NCBI GenBank assembly: GCA_002633005.1
Contig: NMRA01000384.1
Span: 225,504 to 289,503, forward strand
Direction: 5' to 3'
Source: Phoronis australis
Taxonomy: Eukaryota; Animalia; Phoronida
Length of the DNA stretch: 64,000 nt
A program made the translations under genes and the position numbers. A model generated the notes under the pieces. The model had not been told where the DNA came from. It was given only the letters and a program-made list of their open reading frames with translations, and ran no database searches. Below are positions 35,793-50,300 of the stretch, one piece after another. Each line of letters begins with the position of its first letter. The stretch's first letter is position 1.

Positions 35793-36279
35793 CCGATGTG
35801 CCAGTGACACCTGGCGACAACACAGCAAGCTGAGGCACCGGAAACATGCCTTGAAAGCAGGATCAATTGTTAAATCAAATAAGACGACGAGCGTCCGTAC
35901 TAGAATGTATTAAAATAACCCCCACGTCTCGAGCCATAGGCTCTTTGTCAAGGGTATGATACAGACTGTCGAAAACATGTAGACGGATATAAATAAAATC
36001 GCACAGGCCGGGAAACCACGTGGTGGCATACTATTGTATACTAATGTATGCCTTCATATGGTCTCCTGTGCGATTTTATTTATTTCCATCTACATGTTTT
36101 CTGCAGTCTGTATCATACCCTTGACAAAGAGTGTATCGCTCGAGACGTGGGGGATATTTTAATACATTTTAGTACCGACGCTGGTCGTCTTATTTGATTT
36201 AACAATTGATCCTGCTTTCAAGGCATGTTTCCGGTGCCTCAGCTTTCTGTGTTGTTGCCAGGTTTCACAGGCGCATCGG
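35793..36279. repeat. Foldback of about 490 bp (two inverted arms of about 215 bp)
   Basis: 35793-36007 is the reverse complement of about 36066-36279. The ORF track shows MILLSRHVSGASA on both strands. Confidence 0.9.
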
Positions 36280-36579
36280 GACCGAGGAGACAAGTAGATA
36301 CTTAACAGAAGTCTCTCCAGTCATCGCCCATGTTTGTTTTACCACGTCATTCCATATGCATCATTTCACTGTTTTTACATTGTCTACACCAATGGTGTGA
36401 GCTTCCACCAAATCAACACTACATGACTAACATTTCTTGGAAAAACAACGTACACGCAGCACAGAACACGTGAGCTCCGCTAGGACCTACTCCGAGTCCT
36501 ACGGAAAATTGGAAGCACTCTACGAATGAATCTTGGAAAAAAGTCAACATTACGATGGCACTCGCAATGATTCTTCTCA

Positions 36580-36850
36580 GTAGTAAGAATAAGTAAAAAT
36601 TAGCAAAGATTAGTGGAAACAGTAAATTCAGAAAAAATAGTAGAAGATAGTAAGAACCAATAAAAATAGTAAAGTATATTAATTTAAAAAGTATAACAAT
36701 TAGGTAGAATTATCTATAAAACCCAGTAATAACAATAAAATTTAATGAAAACTAGTACAAGTTTTAAAGACTAGTCAATATTAAGGAAAACTGTTAAAAC
36801 TAGTGAAATCTAGTAAAAGCTGGTAAAACTAGTAAAAATTTGTAAGAACA
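36580..36850. repeat. Degenerate A-rich simple repeat (TAGTAAAA-like)
   Basis: Repeated tagtaa/ctagt units are visible. Confidence 0.6.
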
Positions 36851-38129
36851 TTTCATCTGTTACACGAATAATTTCACGGGGACACACGTGTTCAACTAAC
36901 CGTAAGCGATCCCCAAAGTCATTTAATTGTGTTTTATTTCAAAAGTGAAAGCAAGCACCATGGCTCGTCATCAGTCCACGACTCTCCGCGTTTGCCAGTC
37001 ATTTTGAAGTGTGATAGCTGTCTTGCTCATTGAAACATGCTCGACTGACCAATGCCCAGGGTCTATTTACTCGAAACTGACTGTGTCTGTGTTTCATCAC
37101 ATGTTGCTGGGCCTAGCAAGATGGACACTATATTCTCTCTTCTGATGATGGTGCGTGAATAAATGACACCGAGACATGTCAAGGTAATTTAAAACCGTAG
37201 TTGTTTTTACTAATATTCCTGGAAACTGCTCACATTCGAGATGCTCCCTGGCATGAGTTTCACAAGAGTTCATGTCCATGGTAAGACGATAGCCAGGGCA
37301 ATTGTTGAACTGCGTGGTTAGTATTTACTGAGTGCTGTTTCCGTGATGAACGTTCGGTCATCCCCTGAAGCTTAGTTAGTCAGTTGAAACTTACCCAAAA
37401 ACTTCGCCACTCATGTCACAGAATCTATTCGTAATTGCCTTTCATTTCATAATTCTAATTTCTATCAATTAAGGAAATCGTATCAAAAACAAGTGTGACA
37501 GAGAGATTGTGGTATCGCTGTTTACATTAAGTGATTGTTGTTCCGTTGTCGAAACGTTTGTTCTTCACTTCTAAATTAATGGTATTTCCGTATATTAACT
37601 GGTCAATGAAATGACCAATAACAGCTGACTGTGATTAAACTGTTTTGCAAATCTCTAATCCCACAAAGAGTTTTGTATCTAGGTTGGCATTTTCATTTGG
37701 TAGTGAGATCTGCTGCCAGTCTGCTTAAATTAGCAGATCACTGGACTTTTTTTCCGATCGGTTGCCGACCCGCTACCGACCTGTCCCATAAAAGTTTGTG
37801 ACCTCTGCTTTATACAACAGCTAGCTGTCTTTCCATACAGATTTACTATGTGTATTTTAGAAATTTGCACTTCGGTTTCAAATGCGTTTTTCGCATTTAG
37901 TTGCATGCGCCTAAGTCCAAATGTAATAGATGTGTCTCATATAGGCCAAAATACGTGCATAAAATTGTATATTATATCCTTCACACATACGACATACACA
38001 CGCGCGCGCACGTACAAACGAACACGCTCACCTACGTATGCATACTCACAATGCAAACACATACGAATTACCCAGAACCGCAGAGATCTGATGAGTCATT
38101 GTAAATGTTAGCAGTCACATATAAAATTC

Positions 38130-38395
38130 TCACTTGGAAGGGTCTTTTCCGCAGTGAATGCACCGTACGGAAGCTTCAAAGGGAGTACCTTTAGTGTGAA
38201 AGTACATGTGGCGAGTCAAAGTACTTTTAAATTCTGGCATTTGAAATGCATCGTTAAACTTCATCTTTGACAGTTTTCTGTTGACTATCGTAAGTATGTC
38301 ACATAAATGTAGATTTTTGTGTTTTTTCTTGATAACTTTACAAAGTTCATCGATGTACGGCGACCCCTCTTCAGCACATCGATGCGCATAGTTAC
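38130..38395 (-). CDS. Gene A terminal exon: caspase small subunit
   Basis: GNYAHRCAEEGSPYIDELC...LCDILTIVNRKL...QMPEFKSTLTRHMYF...CIHCGKDPSK*. Confidence 0.92.
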
Positions 38396-41300
38396 CTGTA
38401 AATAACACAGAAAAACGTTTTATGACCCAGTGCATGCAGGTAATCAGCATACCGAAATCCCATATTTAAACACAAGATCACCCTGGCGTTTTTAAAAACA
38501 GACTGACAAGACCTCAGTTTTCATCGTCGTAATAAAATAGTCGGGGACGCCTCAGGAATTGTCGCGGAAAAGATCAGGATAATAAACACCAGATGGTAGC
38601 CTAAGTTCAGTTTTTGAATATCACTGCATAATGCACTTTCATCTTCTGGTAAGTTCCATACACTATATTGTTACGAAATTCATTAAATGCTTTCAGTGAA
38701 CTTCCGTATAATGTGTTACCAACGGTTTACCTTCAGTCGTCGCGTATGCCGTGAGCATGTCTGAGTCAGGTGGTCGGGTCATAGGCCTACATGCATTTAA
38801 TGAAGCCCTGCGTCTGGCTTTTGCCGCGTCTATGTCGTTACTGCATGCTGTAGCGTCTGCTTCATCCACACGGCATGACTGATACACAAAGACTTTTGGA
38901 CATTCTGAAACAAATGAATCTTCTAACCGTAAGCATATCATGCGGTAACCAACATTAAAATGAACTATGAGTAATCAACGTCCATTATGAGAATAAGATG
39001 ACGTAAAAATACATTAGGCGAGTTACCAACTTTAAGATACTGGTGAAGAACCGTGTTGCATGAATTATGCTATTCATTAAAATTATAATAACAAAAACCT
39101 TTTAGAAAAGGCTTAGGTAATTATGTTAATGTTTTATAGGCATTTTTCTTTATTTTAATTGAATGTGTAAATTTCGTCTACTCCGTAAAATCATTTTTGT
39201 AGAACTCAAATGAGACTATGATAAACGGAAGACGAACGAGTGACGTATGTGACATATATCTTATAGCGTGCAAAAAACCACCAGACGAGTGCGAGTACCG
39301 ATACTTTTGAATAAAATAAAATAATATGTCTCTAAATTTTGAATAAACGCATTTCAAAAATAAGTTCACAGCATGTGGTGTACTAACTCATGAAGCCATT
39401 TCGTATTTAATGATTCCGCGTTGAGATTGAGTACGGAAGCTTGTATTGCTTGTGAAACAGAGTCGTTGTATTCACTTTCACCGATGAAACGTTGAACATG
39501 TCTAGTTGATTTACACAAACGTACCTCTCATTTTTGACAATTTGTCGCCACGGAAGTATGAGCATATTTCTTTGAATGTTATCAAGGGCCCGTCTATGGT
39601 ATATATGCCATCCTACAAATGATTTCGATGATAGATGCAGAAATATGCAGAAAATTACGAGTCATTACTGAACTTCATTGAAATAAAAGGGCGACGTGTT
39701 GCCAGCGTCTGCTGGCTTTTTTAAGCATGTGCGACCTCTGGTGGATTCGGTTGGAGTTTTAGGAAATCTGTGGGAAACTTCACTCAGAATCTTGTCGCAG
39801 TGGTAAGATAATGCGGTTGAATCTCAAATCTTCTCTTCGTTTCAAACCTGGGCAGGATTCTGACTTAAGTTTCCCGCCAATTTTCTCAACTCCAACCCGT
39901 CCACCAGAGGTCGCACATGCTTGAAAAGCCAGCAGGGCGCTGCCAAAACGTTGCCTTTTCATCTCAAGTAAGTTCATTAACAACTCATAACTTTCTGCGT
40001 GTTATATTCGTACTGAATAATTCATAGCATATATTGACTTAGATACAGAAATAGTTACGAATCACAATTTTCAAGTACGTCTCACTTTGAGAACCCACTA
40101 TTCGTGTGTTCAAGTAATCATAAATAACTCACATACTTAGCGCTTTCATCCTCTTACGGATGCATTTGATCGAGCGACGTTGTGTACGTCAAAGCTTCCA
40201 GTGCAGCCCATTCGAAACCAACGAGAGTTGCACAAATTCTCGAATGAATGAGAGCACACAATGAAAAACAATTTCACAACAGAAATATTTAGTTGTGCTT
40301 TCCCATTAAAATGATATCAGCAAAGTAAACAAACCGCTTTGTGAAGATGACGATCATTAAAAACTACACAGCCATTAAAATATATTTTATGAGTTTCCAT
40401 GTGATAGGACAATCTATGTCATTCTATGTGATTTTGACCAGTGCTTTAAAGTGTACACAACATGACTCTTAGTACCTCAAAATAAAATTTATTATTATAT
40501 CTTACTTGATTTCAGTGCCTTTAGTGCACAGCTCATAACGAAACACGCAAAAATTGAAAAAATAATAATTATGTACAACGTCATGGGTTGAACCCAAGTC
40601 ATTCGCTATACTGTTCGGATCAGAGACAAAGTGTATAGAGTGAAGAGAAAGCAAAGTACATTTAGCGTCGAGAAGGTTCGTAAAGGGATCAAAAGATATG
40701 TTTCCGGAGGCTGCAGCAACAGCAGCCAGGCGGAGAACGTCTCGGTGTTCCGAAGGACACCAAAGTTGCGCAGAAGTGGCATCGCTTCGTGCGCCGAACG
40801 AGAATGTGGGACGTCATCGTGGACCAAGCGATTCGGTCCGGGGCCACTCTGTGTTCTGCCCAATTTGAGGACTCGTGTTTCCACTCCAGTCACAGGAGAC
40901 GTTACGATGAAGGGCTGGTTCAATAAAGGACAATATTTATGATTCAGAAACATCAGCTCTTAATTCAGGATCGTCTCTGATGACTGAGTTGACTCGCTGA
41001 GCCCGAGGCCGCTTCTCTCGCGAGAGGATCCAGTTAGTAAGGCTCAAAATAGAAAAGTACGCAGCCGGAAGCACATTAAACTTGTTCTCGCTTTCGTGCA
41101 ACCCCATTTCCTCATCCTGGCCACCATTCCCGTACGTTTCTTCATAGTATTTGTTCAATTCTTGCTCATAATCGTCGTCGCTTTCTAATTCCCTGCTCTC
41201 CGTCATTGTTCAATGCTAGTCACTGATCTCTTGTGTTCAACCCATGACGTCACATGGCGGCAAATGTGAAAATTGGCAAAATTGAAAGAAAAATCAAAAT

Positions 41301-44300
41301 TTCGAGCTAATTACACAAAATAAACATGGGTTTAGCTGCATTTTACGTCATACATTTAGTCTGTGGCCACCGGTAATTCAAAATGTGCAAAATCCATGGT
41401 GTGTACTGTTTAAGGCTGTGTTGGACCTTATCGACCAGTCAGATTTTTTACTAAATATCTGCAAAACTGTAGATTTTAACTCAATGAAAGAATGTATTTT
41501 CGGACAGTGGAAACACTGTAAAATGTTGTTTTAGACTTTATACTAATCTGGCTCACGTTACCATGTGATTTTAGTTAAATTTAGCCAAAGGCAAGGTATA
41601 TCCATAGCAAAGCAACCGAATGACGAGCATGACCAAGAAATCTTGACAACCATATTACAGTTTTCAGTTCATTAAATCGTTTTTTAAGACACTATTTTCG
41701 CTTTTGAGAGGTTAAAGAATAGCAAATTTAAGATATGCAATCAATGTAATACAATGAGAATTTTACCATCGAGTGGCTCACCTTTTTGCCATGCGAGAGT
41801 ATGAAACAAATCAGCTGACTGAAGTCTTCATGCAGCAGTTTCTGTTGGACGCGCATAAGCATTTGTTCAAATTTGTCCTTGTTCAAGTCTTTGCCGTGTA
41901 ACACGATGTATCTTTCTCCCAAAATCTGCTGAAATGTTTTTGTCAATTCTCTCTCATCATTGTTAGAACCTGCAAGGTAAATCTGTATTGAAAGTGCCTT
42001 GGACAAAAAAAAAACAATAAAACGGTTGAACGTGCCGATATCCGTTTTATTCAATAACTAGAGTTCCTGCGAGGAATGGTAAGAACGATGTCCAAGCAGT
42101 TACCTGCTGTTGTTTATATTACGGATGCAACAAGGGAGCGCAACACTAGTAAGATCCGTCCAAAATTAGCGGGTTCAGCCTTATCGCTATTAAAGACGTG
42201 TTGAACCATTAAGTAGAGTGTTGAACTGAGAACCGAATGGACCCGAATTCAAATCCCATTGTACGTCAACAAAAACACAATTTCGAGAAAGTCCTGATCA
42301 TTAATCATCATGAAAGTGTACCATACCACACGTTCGTTGTTCTAAGAACGTTGTAACACCTGAAGATGGTCGGAGAAATGACCGACCGAAAAGTCGTGCC
42401 AAAGTAAGTACTCAAAAGATTGGTTTAAAAGGACCTAAATTTTAANCCAATTTGCGGCATAGATCACGACTAAACTGAAACTCAAGATACATGTAAGAAC
42501 GTTGAAGCACGAATGAGCTAAGCTGGCGCGCGTTACAGCTATAAACCATGGTGTGCCGAGCAGTTATACATATGCAAAATTCTATTGAAGAATTAGTCAC
42601 GTGGAAAATATACGCGGTAGAAGCTGGAGAGCAAACACATAAACCACCAACAGATGGCGAATATAGTCAGACTACAAACACAAGAGTGCGTCGGCACTTA
42701 CATAGTCTGTTTACTTTTAAACGGTGTTTCTTTATGTGGGTCTTACCATCTCTTCTTCTACGAGCCCTTTCCTCTTCGTTTTCGGCATAAAAATTTACGT
42801 TGTTGATAATAACAACTAGCCCTTTTCCCGCTCTTGGATAGTCACCTTTAAAATAACACACGCAAAAGAGTGTTGATAACATTATCAGAGTCGCCCTAGC
42901 ATGACGCCGCAAAAATCACGTACAGTAATGGCGGCTCAGTGGCTTCAAATGCGAACAAGGTTTGTTGCTGCTGAGTATAGTGTTAAGAGTTCCTAAATCC
43001 TTCAACATGAATTAGAAAATCACTAGCTTATCTAGGATGTCTCAACGAGACAAGGCTACATTTTTCACAAGAGAAACATGGCCTAACTTAAATTTTGCAT
43101 ACCACAACGAACTAATCATAGCAGAATTGATACATGCTTGCTAGGAGTAGACCTGGAGTTTTTCACTGTTCTCTTGGAGTTTTTTACAGTTCTATTTCTT
43201 TATAGCAGACAAAGCTTGATTGACGCGACCATGGTTTCAGGCTATTGATGACGTAATTTGTTTACAATGGAATACTTCAGAACATTTTAGCAAATTCCGA
43301 TCAGCAGTGATTAAAACACAACCGTCGTCTGGAAGGGGATATAGCCTAGTGGACGAATTGAATGATTGGATAGATACTGGCAAGTTCTAGAATTTGCTTG
43401 AATAGGCGAATAAGTTCCAGAACCTTGTAATGCTCAGGCATGGGTTAGTGAAAGTCACTTGAAAAAGTTAAAATTACAGTTGAGTTGTTGTTTCACAATC
43501 ACCAACTACAGCGTTAGTCAATAGAGAACCAGCTATAGAGACAGCAGGTGTTCATGAAAAATCAAGGCTTCCGGCAGCACTAGCTGGAACACAGAACAGA
43601 CATTATGTCGGACTTCTCGTTTCAGTACATTTGTGAACAAATGATTGAGATTAATAAAGTGATGAGCTCGAACTAATCTTAAGTCTATTATAGCAGTGAA
43701 AGCTATAAGCAACTGTCAACGAGAACTTGCGCCACCCATTAACGGGAAAAACACAATGGTCGATACTTGACGTATGGTATTAGTAACAACCGTCTTCATT
43801 CCACGCCTCCTTCCTACTGTGTCAGCCGGTGTTTACGGCTACATATCTGTCCCAGTGTCCATACGCCAGCACCGACAGGGCAGCTGCGGCCAAATTTGGC
43901 CTACAGTGCCGTGTCGGTGTAGCTACCAGAATTTTTAAAATAGGTCAATGGGTGGATATCGCAAAAACGTCAAATGAAACCAAATAAGCAGTAGGGCGTA
44001 TTTTTAGAAATGGGGGAAGTATTTTCGGAGTGTTTCAAATAAATATGTCTTTTTATTGCATGTTGTTGTATCCCACCACTGTATTTGTCCATACTTAATT
44101 TGCTTTCAAAAATTGTGCGTTAAAAACTGCCCTTCACATTGTGCTAATACGGTTAGTCATCAGAAAAATCATCTCATATCTCGTTAAATGATCGTCACTT
44201 GAGTAAAATCCCGATAACAATATATAATAGTTAGCCAAAGTAAAAACATTTTTACACTTACTCAGGATTAAGGGTAGAGTAAGTGTTAGCTTTCGATGAA

Positions 44301-47300
44301 ATAATGTTAGGATTAGGGTCACGGCCTTCAATCCTGGTGTGAAGTATTAGCTCTCGATCTCGGAGTTAGGATTGCGATTAGCTCGTTATCTTACTGTTGA
44401 GCCACCACCCATCAAACTCAGTGTCAAGACCACTGTTCCTCGATTTATGGCCTAAAGTCGATGAATCTCAATCTTATTTATCTATTTATTTAAACTTGTT
44501 TAAAAGACTGTGTTGATGTGCTAGCAGTGAAAGGCATTCTGTTCGGTTAGGAACGTTGAATGCGCGACACAGTGCGAGAACGCGGTCCAAGGATAATACT
44601 AGTCTGAAGGAGGATAATAGTTTTATTACATACTCTTCTGCTGATACTACTGAGTCTGTTACAATCCATGCGATCATACACTTATATAGTGACATACATG
44701 AATCATAACAGGATATAGTGAACAAACATGTTTACTACAATTCCTCATGTTGGGGGTGTATTACATAATGGTTAATTCTCTGAACTACTCCTACACATGC
44801 ACTCACTGGGATATGAGATCATACTCTAACAGACTGGGTGACCACGTCAGTGAATACACTGATTTTCAAATTGGTCCGGTTGGAAATAGTTACATGAAGT
44901 AAAATACAGAGAGCTATGTACATTAGATTAAAAAGATTGATAAATAAAATAAATTAGTTATAAAAATTAGTTAATACGGTATGTACAATTAGATGAATGA
45001 TTAAGAAAAAATAGAGTATAATAATGATGAGCTGAAACCTACAGTCTTGAACCGCGCACTCGGAAGTCGCCAGTATTTCTGTTTGAAGACGTGGACATTG
45101 GGCGCTTTCGTGACGGCAGTCCCCAGCCCGTTATAAGCGCCAGCACCTCTGTATTCAAAAGTTCTTTTGCTGCAATTGTTTTTAGGTTTATCTGGCACCA
45201 GGGGGGCCATAAACACTCGCTCTGGTATTGTAATTGAGAGAATCTCTGACTTATTTGAATTTAGTTGTGAGATAATTAGGTGCAAGGCTATGTGTGGCTT
45301 CCTTGTACACCATAAAGTTTGAATGAAAGGCAGGCTGCACCAACGGAGTCTATATAGTTCCCTACCAGCCTCCAAGCCTTGTTTTGTATTTATTTAAGTC
45401 TACCCTGGAGGTATGATGCACAGTTACCCCACACATCACAGTAATCAGACTCTTGTACTGAGTCTGAAGAGTAGCCTGATCGACATAGATCTTGACACTG
45501 TGCAAACGCCCAATCCGTTGTTAGTATCACCGCACCTCAATATGGTACATTGTACGCCAACAACTACTCTTCTAGAGATATACTGCAGCGTACTTCCCGC
45601 TAAAATAACAAAGAAAAATGGGCCTACCACCCAGTGACCTACTAGTCCTGGCACGTGAGGGCCAAAAGTTAGCAAAAGTGCTAAGATTTTAGGGTAATAG
45701 CTTCTGATCCATCGAGATCATAGCGTTATGACCACTGGCCGTCAACTTAATGTGAAGATTATGGATAGTATTATGTCTCCGTTGATTTAGGATTAGGATA
45801 ATAGGGTAGAGTGATTGTTAGTTTTTGATCTAATAAAGTTAGGGTTAGGGCCAAGGCCCATCATTCCTAGTCAGGGTCAAGACTACCGCTCCTCCATTTT
45901 AGGCCTAGAGTCGTTGACTCTTATTCTTAGGGTTAGAAACACCGCCCCTCAATTTTAGGGTTACGGCTATGACGCCCCTCGATCATAGTCTTAGGACTGT
46001 TCCCCTCGATGTTAGGGTTAAAGCTAGGGGAAGCGTCTTCCAATGTGAGATTAATTTATGACGTACAACTTCCGGAAAGGATGATACTGACTCCCTCTAA
46101 GTGCAACATACTCTCTAACACAACGCCACCTATACTGCAACGTGGCATGATGAACGACACGGCGTAGTTCAGTGTGTCGGCTTCAATGCGAATGCTTGGT
46201 CGGAAGTTTATCGATCACATCGCCCACACTTTCTAAGCACTGTACTTGTTTGGGCTTAAGCCACGGGATCGGGCTTCCCGTTAATTTTGTATGTTTCGAT
46301 CACTGTCCGTTTTAATAATTCTCATACCAAAATACCAAGTTTGCCGTAAGCTTGCAGCAAACATGCGGCAAGCTTGCGGCAAACAATTTTGATTGCAGCA
46401 AACCAGCCGCAATGTTTACAGGAGTTTGCCGCTACCCGCAACTCAGCCGCACACATTGCTGCAACCTTGCTGCAAACACTGAAGATTGCAGGAAAGTTGC
46501 GGCAAACTTGGTGATTCAAAAAGTGTTTGCGGGAAAGTTGCAGGAAACCTTATTGATGAAAAAGTGTTCGCTGAAAAGTTGCAGGAAACTTTACTGGTTG
46601 AAAAAGTGTTCTCATGAAACATAGTTTTTGTGGCAAAATTGCAGGAAACTTTAAATAAAAAATTGTGGAAAGACTACAACAAACTTAATATGTGAAAAAG
46701 TGCTTGCACGAAATTTGCAGTAAACTTCAATGTTTAAAGTGTTAGCATTAAGATTGTGACAATGTTAGTTGTTTTTTATTTTCTTAATTTCAGAGAAACC
46801 TCAAATCCCAGACCCTAAGCAGGACAGGTACCTATGTTAGATAACTTACCTAAATGTGACTTACTGTTGGGTAAGTGTTACGGGGAGATTTTATGTAGGA
46901 TGAACATGTCATTTATTTATCATTAAAGTATGATACAAACACATTAGAACTTGGGTTAACTATGTACATGAGAATAATATTACATGAGAAGTATTAGTAT
47001 TAATTAAGTATATAGTGGTTGCTGTGTAATTAATTAAGGGTATTAGTTGTTTACTGAAATTTATTGCCTCCTATGAGTGCATAGGAAATGAATCAGCATA
47101 TTTGTCTCTAACCATGTGTTTATGCTCTGCTAGCAGAATTATGTAACTTTAAATTCACCGGAATTGGTCAACTGTGGGGTTAGCCAGTTCTGACAACAAC
47201 AATAGTCTTGTTATTATTCAGCAGAAATTACTTAAAGATTTGTCTGTCCGTGACCATATTTGGCGAAAGCTTAGGTTCATATGTGGAATCTGATGATGTT

Positions 47301-50300
47301 ATTCTGGGAAGTTGTTTTGGGACTATATGAGTACATTTGGAGGAAGCTGGTGGGTTTTATGTTTTGATCTAACCTGCCCACCTTTATTCTGTTTGAGTAT
47401 AAGTATACCGTTAGCTTTTCAAGAAGATATATTTCCAACGATAGGCAACCAGATTGGTATAGAGGTATTAGATATTTCTTGGAGAGAGGCAACCAGCTTG
47501 CTAGAGAGATATCGCAGATATTCCTGAAGAGATGCTACTGGTTTGCTGAGAAATATCACAAGCTGTAGAAATTCGATGGACTGAATTTCAATCCGATACG
47601 TGTAGCAGAAATTCGATGGACTGAATTTCAAAGAGGGTACATTGTATCTAGAATTCGATGGACTGAATTCATGTTAACATATATGTTGTTCGATGGACTG
47701 AACTTCATAGTTATTCCGAAGCATTTCATCAAGTGAAGACTGCTTGGAAGACTGGATCGAATGATCAAGAGAAGAGGAAACTCCTCATAACAAGTATAAC
47801 ACTGGATCAAAGGCCGACGCCAGGAATGGGAAACGTGATCACAGACTGATTAAATTAGGCTTCTTTATTAATCTTTATGATTATTCATTTAGGGAAATTC
47901 AAACATTTAGTCAATATACTCATTATTACATCCAAATCAAATTGTGTTATTTCAACCGCCTACCGGCAAGATATACACCACGTGACAGTAAGTTACATTG
48001 TTAAAAACAGCAAATGCTCAAAGACACCTAAATGTGACCCATAACACAAGAGAATATAACTGTATCCATGTCTGCGTGTACTTTGTTTTTTATTCAGTCA
48101 CCATACTTAACAAATTTTCAACTTTCATACTGCTGTTAGTACAGCAAAATATTAAATGCAATTGCTTTAAAAAAACAAAGGCAGTGTTACCTGCATGTTA
48201 CATAATAAATATCAGTACAAACCATACACAAATATATGATCCAATTTTACCAATTGTGCAAGTACTAGCATTTAGAAGAATTTGTACTTTTCCTACCTTT
48301 GGAATTATCCCATAATCAGGGGGCAGCAGCCACTGTAGCTACAGTAAAATTTTGTCTATTTCAAACAAAAATAATTGCCGAAAATTACTCATTTTGATGT
48401 TTTAAGGGCATTTAGCATTGTTGAAAAGACTCAAATTTTTTCAAAATATTGTCTGTCAACAGCTATGGTACGGACTTAGATATGGCTCAGGATTCTTGTG
48501 GTACCGCACACTATTTATGAAAAAATAACAAAATTAAATTTCACTAGTGGACCCTTACATTAATGTTTTATGCCTCTATAGGATTATTGATTGTTTCTTT
48601 TAACTATGCTAGCCCAGCTACATGTTGAATTGCTAGGATTGTTATCAAGGAATGCCTCTTGGAATACATTAATTTTTAATGCCTCTAGGGCTGTTGATTG
48701 TTTGTTTAAATTATGCTGGCCCAGCTACATGTTGAACTGCTGGGACTGTTGTCAAGGAAGGTCTCTTGGAATACATTAATGTTTAATGCCTCTAGGGCTG
48801 TCGATTGTTTATTTAAATTATACAAGCTCAGCAACATGTTGAGCATGGTGGTACTGTTATCAAGGAAAGCATGTGGTTGTCAAGGTTACATGCCTGGGAA
48901 GTGACCTAAGCTTTCATTTGAATCATATTCAAACGGTTTTGGTACAGCATAGACTCTACATGGATAACTGAGAACTGTATGGATGTGAGTTTTGATTTTA
49001 AAATTGTGTTTATGTTGATGTGATTGTGAAGTAACATTACCTAAATTTCATTCATGAATCAGTAGTTTTGGTCTTACTAACAAAAGGAAGTTGCTCTTCT
49101 AATTGATTCAGCCAAATTGGAGGTTACAATGGTTACGGAAAAGTACAGCACCGATTTCAAAATGAGTTGGGGTTGAGACCAGAACCAACTATGTTTCCAA
49201 AACGTTGTCAAGTTACATGTAGCGAGAATTTCTAATTAATGACTTAAATGAGGCTGTAAAACTTAATTTTGTGTCAATTTTCACATCACTCGCTGACTGT
49301 TTGATTCACAGTAGGGAACACCAAATTTTTATTTTATTTTAGTTTAATGCATGGTAACTATTGAGCACAAAACAAGTTTTGCATAATTGTATATCAACAA
49401 CCTGTAAATGTTTTAACTGCCATCATGTTCAGTCATACGCCAGTTGTCAGTCTGCAGTCATACTGGTTAACTGAACACAAGATGAGTTCAACTGTCTGTT
49501 CATACATGAGCAAGAGCCAATTTCGGCTAAATACGTAATTTGAGATTACAATATAAATGCCTTTTTGTGGAAAGTGAAATAGCATTCATATTTTAGGTTT
49601 ATGAATATTGAGATACATAATTACTTGATGAAAGCCAGTCACACTGCAGAGGTTTTGAGGCAACAAGTTTGAGTTGAAAACACCGGAACAGCACAGCATC
49701 TCAAGGTTGGTTAGAACAAACAAGGAAGAAACCTGGAGCAATCATCCCATGATCCCTATGGAACACCACTGATTGCTGTAATGCTGGAGTAGAATGTGCT
49801 TAGAACGTCTACTAGTATGACTATAACGGGAGATTTATAATTTATGTTTGACTCCTTAGATAAATAACCATGTATCAATAAAGCACAAAAATATTTCCAG
49901 GTGATCAGTGCAATCGGCCCACATGCGAGGCCTGCGCACGTCTGGTACAACGTGTATCAGACCGCCTGCAATTATTTTTTTTTTTTACATTAGATAAATG
50001 AATGTTGCTGCTGGATGATATCCCTATATTCGAAATATTGCAAATTTCAACATACAAGTTCAACAATAATCCATTCGGTAGACTGGTGCTTCATGAAACC
50101 ATATTGGGAAGTAAAAATAGTAATCAATGAAGTATTAGACAGTTTTCAAGTATCATGGGAAAAATAAATATGTTTATAATTGTTAAGAGGGATTTCGTTC
50201 AGTTGATAAGTAATGAGGTAATGTAAAATAAAATACTTAAATGTGCTGTTCTAAGTATGCCTTTCCACGGAGGGAGAGTGATTTAATGGTTTTCCCCACT

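Noticed and set aside
47570-47705. CRISPR-like repeated 16-19-mers with spacers
   Set aside because: The spacing is irregular, the context is a eukaryotic transposon, and there are no cas genes.
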